The notes under the pieces: model-generated
Told to the model about the DNA's origin: nothing
The model's input: only the letters and a program-made list of their open reading frames with translations
Database searches by the model: none
Made by a program: the position numbers and the translations under genes
NCBI GenBank assembly: GCA_049860595.1
Contig: CP187551.1
DNA from: Methanocaldococcus sp. 16A
GTDB taxonomy: Archaea; AGJL01; Methanococci; Methanococcales; Methanocaldococcaceae
Length of the DNA: 64,000 nt
Direction: 5' to 3' (one strand)
Part shown: piece after piece, positions 61,849 through 64,000 of the stretch
Position numbering within the stretch: the first letter of the stretch is position 1
How the letters are laid out: each line of letters opens with the position of its first letter

Positions 61849-62982
61849 TTAACAAGTTTTATAAACTTTTTCAATTTCTTCAACTACTTTATCCCATACA
61901 AACATCTTTTCAACTTTTTTTCTTCCATATTTTCCCATTTCTTCCGCAATATCTTTATTTTCCAACAAAAATTTTATTTTTTCACTTAACTCATAAATGT
62001 TTCTCTCCTCTACCAAAAAACCATTGAGATTATCATCAATAACCTCAACAACTCCTCCAGATTTATACGCAATTACTGGCTTATAGCAGGCATTAGCTTC
62101 CACTAAAACCATGCCAAATCCCTCTCTTGTAGATGGAAGAACCAAAAGTTCTGATTTCTTTATCTCCTTAATTACATCCTTATATTCCTCCAATTTTCCA
62201 AAAAATTTAACATTATTCTCTAATTTTAATTCTTTTACTAAACTTTTTAAGTTATCCTTAGTAATGCCATCACCTATTATTTTTAATTTTACATCTGGAA
62301 TATCTTTAACTATTAATGATACAGCTTTGATTAAATCGTCAACGTGCTTGTGTGGAACTAACCTTCCAACAAAAATTATTGAATTTACATCAACATCCGT
62401 ACATTCCACAGAATCTATTAAATTTAAATCAACACCATTGTGGACAACACATATTTTATCGCTTGAAATGCCATATTCTTTATTTAAAATCTCTTTTATA
62501 ACATTACTAACCGTAATTACCTTTTTAAATGGTAGTTTATATAAAAATCTTTCAATGAAATATGCAATATTTCCATAATATAACCATTGATTTTTGTCTT
62601 TTTTATGGCTTACATCATGGATTGTTCCTATAACATTTTTTTGGATTTTAAAAATATAACACAAAGACGCTGGAATTAATGGAACAAATGCTTGTGCATC
62701 AACAATATCATACCTATTTGTTATTAACCATTTAAATACGGATATAGTAAATTTTAGAAAATCCAATGGAGACCTATATGGCGGATTTTTTATAGTTGGT
62801 CCTAAGTGGTAAACATTTATTCCATCAATATTTTCATAATTGGGAACATTATTAATTTTCATGCATAGAACATCCACACTGTGACCTTTTTTCACCAATC
62901 TTTTCGCTATCTCATAGAGTCTTCTTTCCCCTCCTCCCTGATAATGTGGAACAAAAAAATCTATAATATAACAAATTTTCAT
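61849..62982 (-). CDS. GT4 glycosyltransferase
   Basis: GGGERR, FVGRLVPHK, PSTREGFGMVLVEA. Confidence 0.9.
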   Translation of the reverse strand: MKICYIIDFFVPHYQGGGERRLYEIAKRLVKKGHSVDVLCMKINNVPNYENIDGINVYHLGPTIKNPPYRSPLDFLKFTISVFKWLITNRYDIVDAQAFVPLIPASLCYIFKIQKNVIGTIHDVSHKKDKNQWLYYGNIAYFIERFLYKLPFKKVITVSNVIKEILNKEYGISSDKICVVHNGVDLNLIDSVECTDVDVNSIIFVGRLVPHKHVDDLIKAVSLIVKDIPDVKLKIIGDGITKDNLKSLVKELKLENNVKFFGKLEEYKDVIKEIKKSELLVLPSTREGFGMVLVEANACYKPVIAYKSGGVVEVIDDNLNGFLVEERNIYELSEKIKFLLENKDIAEEMGKYGRKKVEKMFVWDKVVEEIEKVYKTC

Positions 62983-63052
62983 TATTCCACCAATTTATAT
63001 GATTGTATCTTAATTTATTTAATTTTCAATCGTGTTAATGTCATATTTATTT

Positions 63053-64000
63053 TCATACTCCTAAAACATCAAAATATATATTCTCTACTTTTTTAACTAA
63101 CTTCTTCCAGTCGTATTTTTTAGACAATTCTAAGCATTCTTTTTGTTTTTTAGAGTACAAATCTTTATCTTCTAAGAACATTTTAATTTTAGTGGTTAAA
63201 TCATTAACATTTTCAGGTTCAAATAACAACCCGCCTTTTCCATTTTCGGTAATTTCAATAGTTGGTGGAATGGCTGAATTTACATAAGGTGTTTCAGATG
63301 CAACACTCTCTATAGTTACCATTCCAAATCCTTCAACAATACTTGGTAGTGAGAAAATAGTTGAAGACTTAATATGTTTTATAACATCCTCATGTTTCTC
63401 TACAAATCCTAAAAATTCAACATTATCTTCTAAATGCAAACTTTTAACCATTTTTTCCAAGTTTTCTCTTTCTGGACCAGTACCAATAATTTTCAATTTG
63501 ATATCTGGAAAATCAGTTTTAATAATATTTACTGACTTAATCAAATCATCAATTTTTTTATATTTAACCAATCTTCCCACATAACATATGGTATTGTTTT
63601 CCTTATGGACTTTTATTTTTTGATATTCTTCTAAATTAACTCCATTATAAACTATTTCTATATTGTTTCCATCAATACCAGCACTTATTAATTTTTCCTT
63701 TGTGTATCCACTTACTGCAATAAATTTGTCCCATTTTTTTGAGAGAACATACCTCTCTAAAATTTCGCCAAATATTCCAAAAAATCCGATGTTTTTTATC
63801 CAATCCCCACCAAGCCAAACATCATGATATGTAGCTATTCTTGGAATACCTAATTTTTCTGATATCTTATACGCTACGGGATAAGTAATAAAATTATATC
63901 CATCTACGATATCAACATCTAATTTTTTTCCAATTTTTACGGCATCTTTCATAAAACTTAATCTTTCGGTAAAACTTCCACACTGGCTATATTTCCTTTG
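63053..64000 (-). CDS. GT4 glycosyltransferase (5' end outside window)
   Basis: Frame open to the window edge; YVGRLVKYK, PSIVEGFGMVTIES. Confidence 0.88.
   Translation of the reverse strand, partial: QRKYSQCGSFTERLSFMKDAVKIGKKLDVDIVDGYNFITYPVAYKISEKLGIPRIATYHDVWLGGDWIKNIGFFGIFGEILERYVLSKKWDKFIAVSGYTKEKLISAGIDGNNIEIVYNGVNLEEYQKIKVHKENNTICYVGRLVKYKKIDDLIKSVNIIKTDFPDIKLKIIGTGPERENLEKMVKSLHLEDNVEFLGFVEKHEDVIKHIKSSTIFSLPSIVEGFGMVTIESVASETPYVNSAIPPTIEITENGKGGLLFEPENVNDLTTKIKMFLEDKDLYSKKQKECLELSKKYDWKKLVKKVENIYFDVLGV

Overview
Very AT-rich archaeal DNA from a hyperthermophilic methanogen, most likely Methanocaldococcus (GGTGA-type RBS, M. jannaschii-like proteins, MJRE-like palindromic repeats). 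Positions 1-17.3 kb hold conserved housekeeping genes: taw2 3' end, ACT protein, NTPase, MFS, a GbsR-regulated MMPL operon, HerA, thpR, a small Trm112 ORF absent from the track, a Ni/Co ECF transporter, cobZ, ychF and galU. From 17.4 kb to the end lies a large cell-surface glycosylation region. It contains a MoxR/DUF58 module, GDP-mannose, GDP-6-deoxyhexose, UDP-uronic acid and dTDP-rhamnose pathways, nine glycosyltransferases (one cut by the window edge), a flippase, a methyltransferase and secreted proteins. The most notable feature is a PAPS-generating cassette (RHH protein, sat, DHH phosphatase, AlkP enzyme, cysC, TauE transporter) next to two more Thr-nucleophile AlkP-superfamily enzymes. 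The window has no PAPS reductase and no canonical sulfotransferase, so I infer non-canonical glycan sulfation by AlkP-fold enzymes. Four ADP-heptose pathway genes (gmhA, hldE-II, gmhD-like, GT9) appear only as fragments. I also found an internally deleted IS with TIRs and a 3-bp TSD, and two GT4 paralogs sharing a near-identical 378-bp repeat. No rRNA, tRNA or CRISPR array was recognised. M. jannaschii locus comparisons are from memory and unverified.
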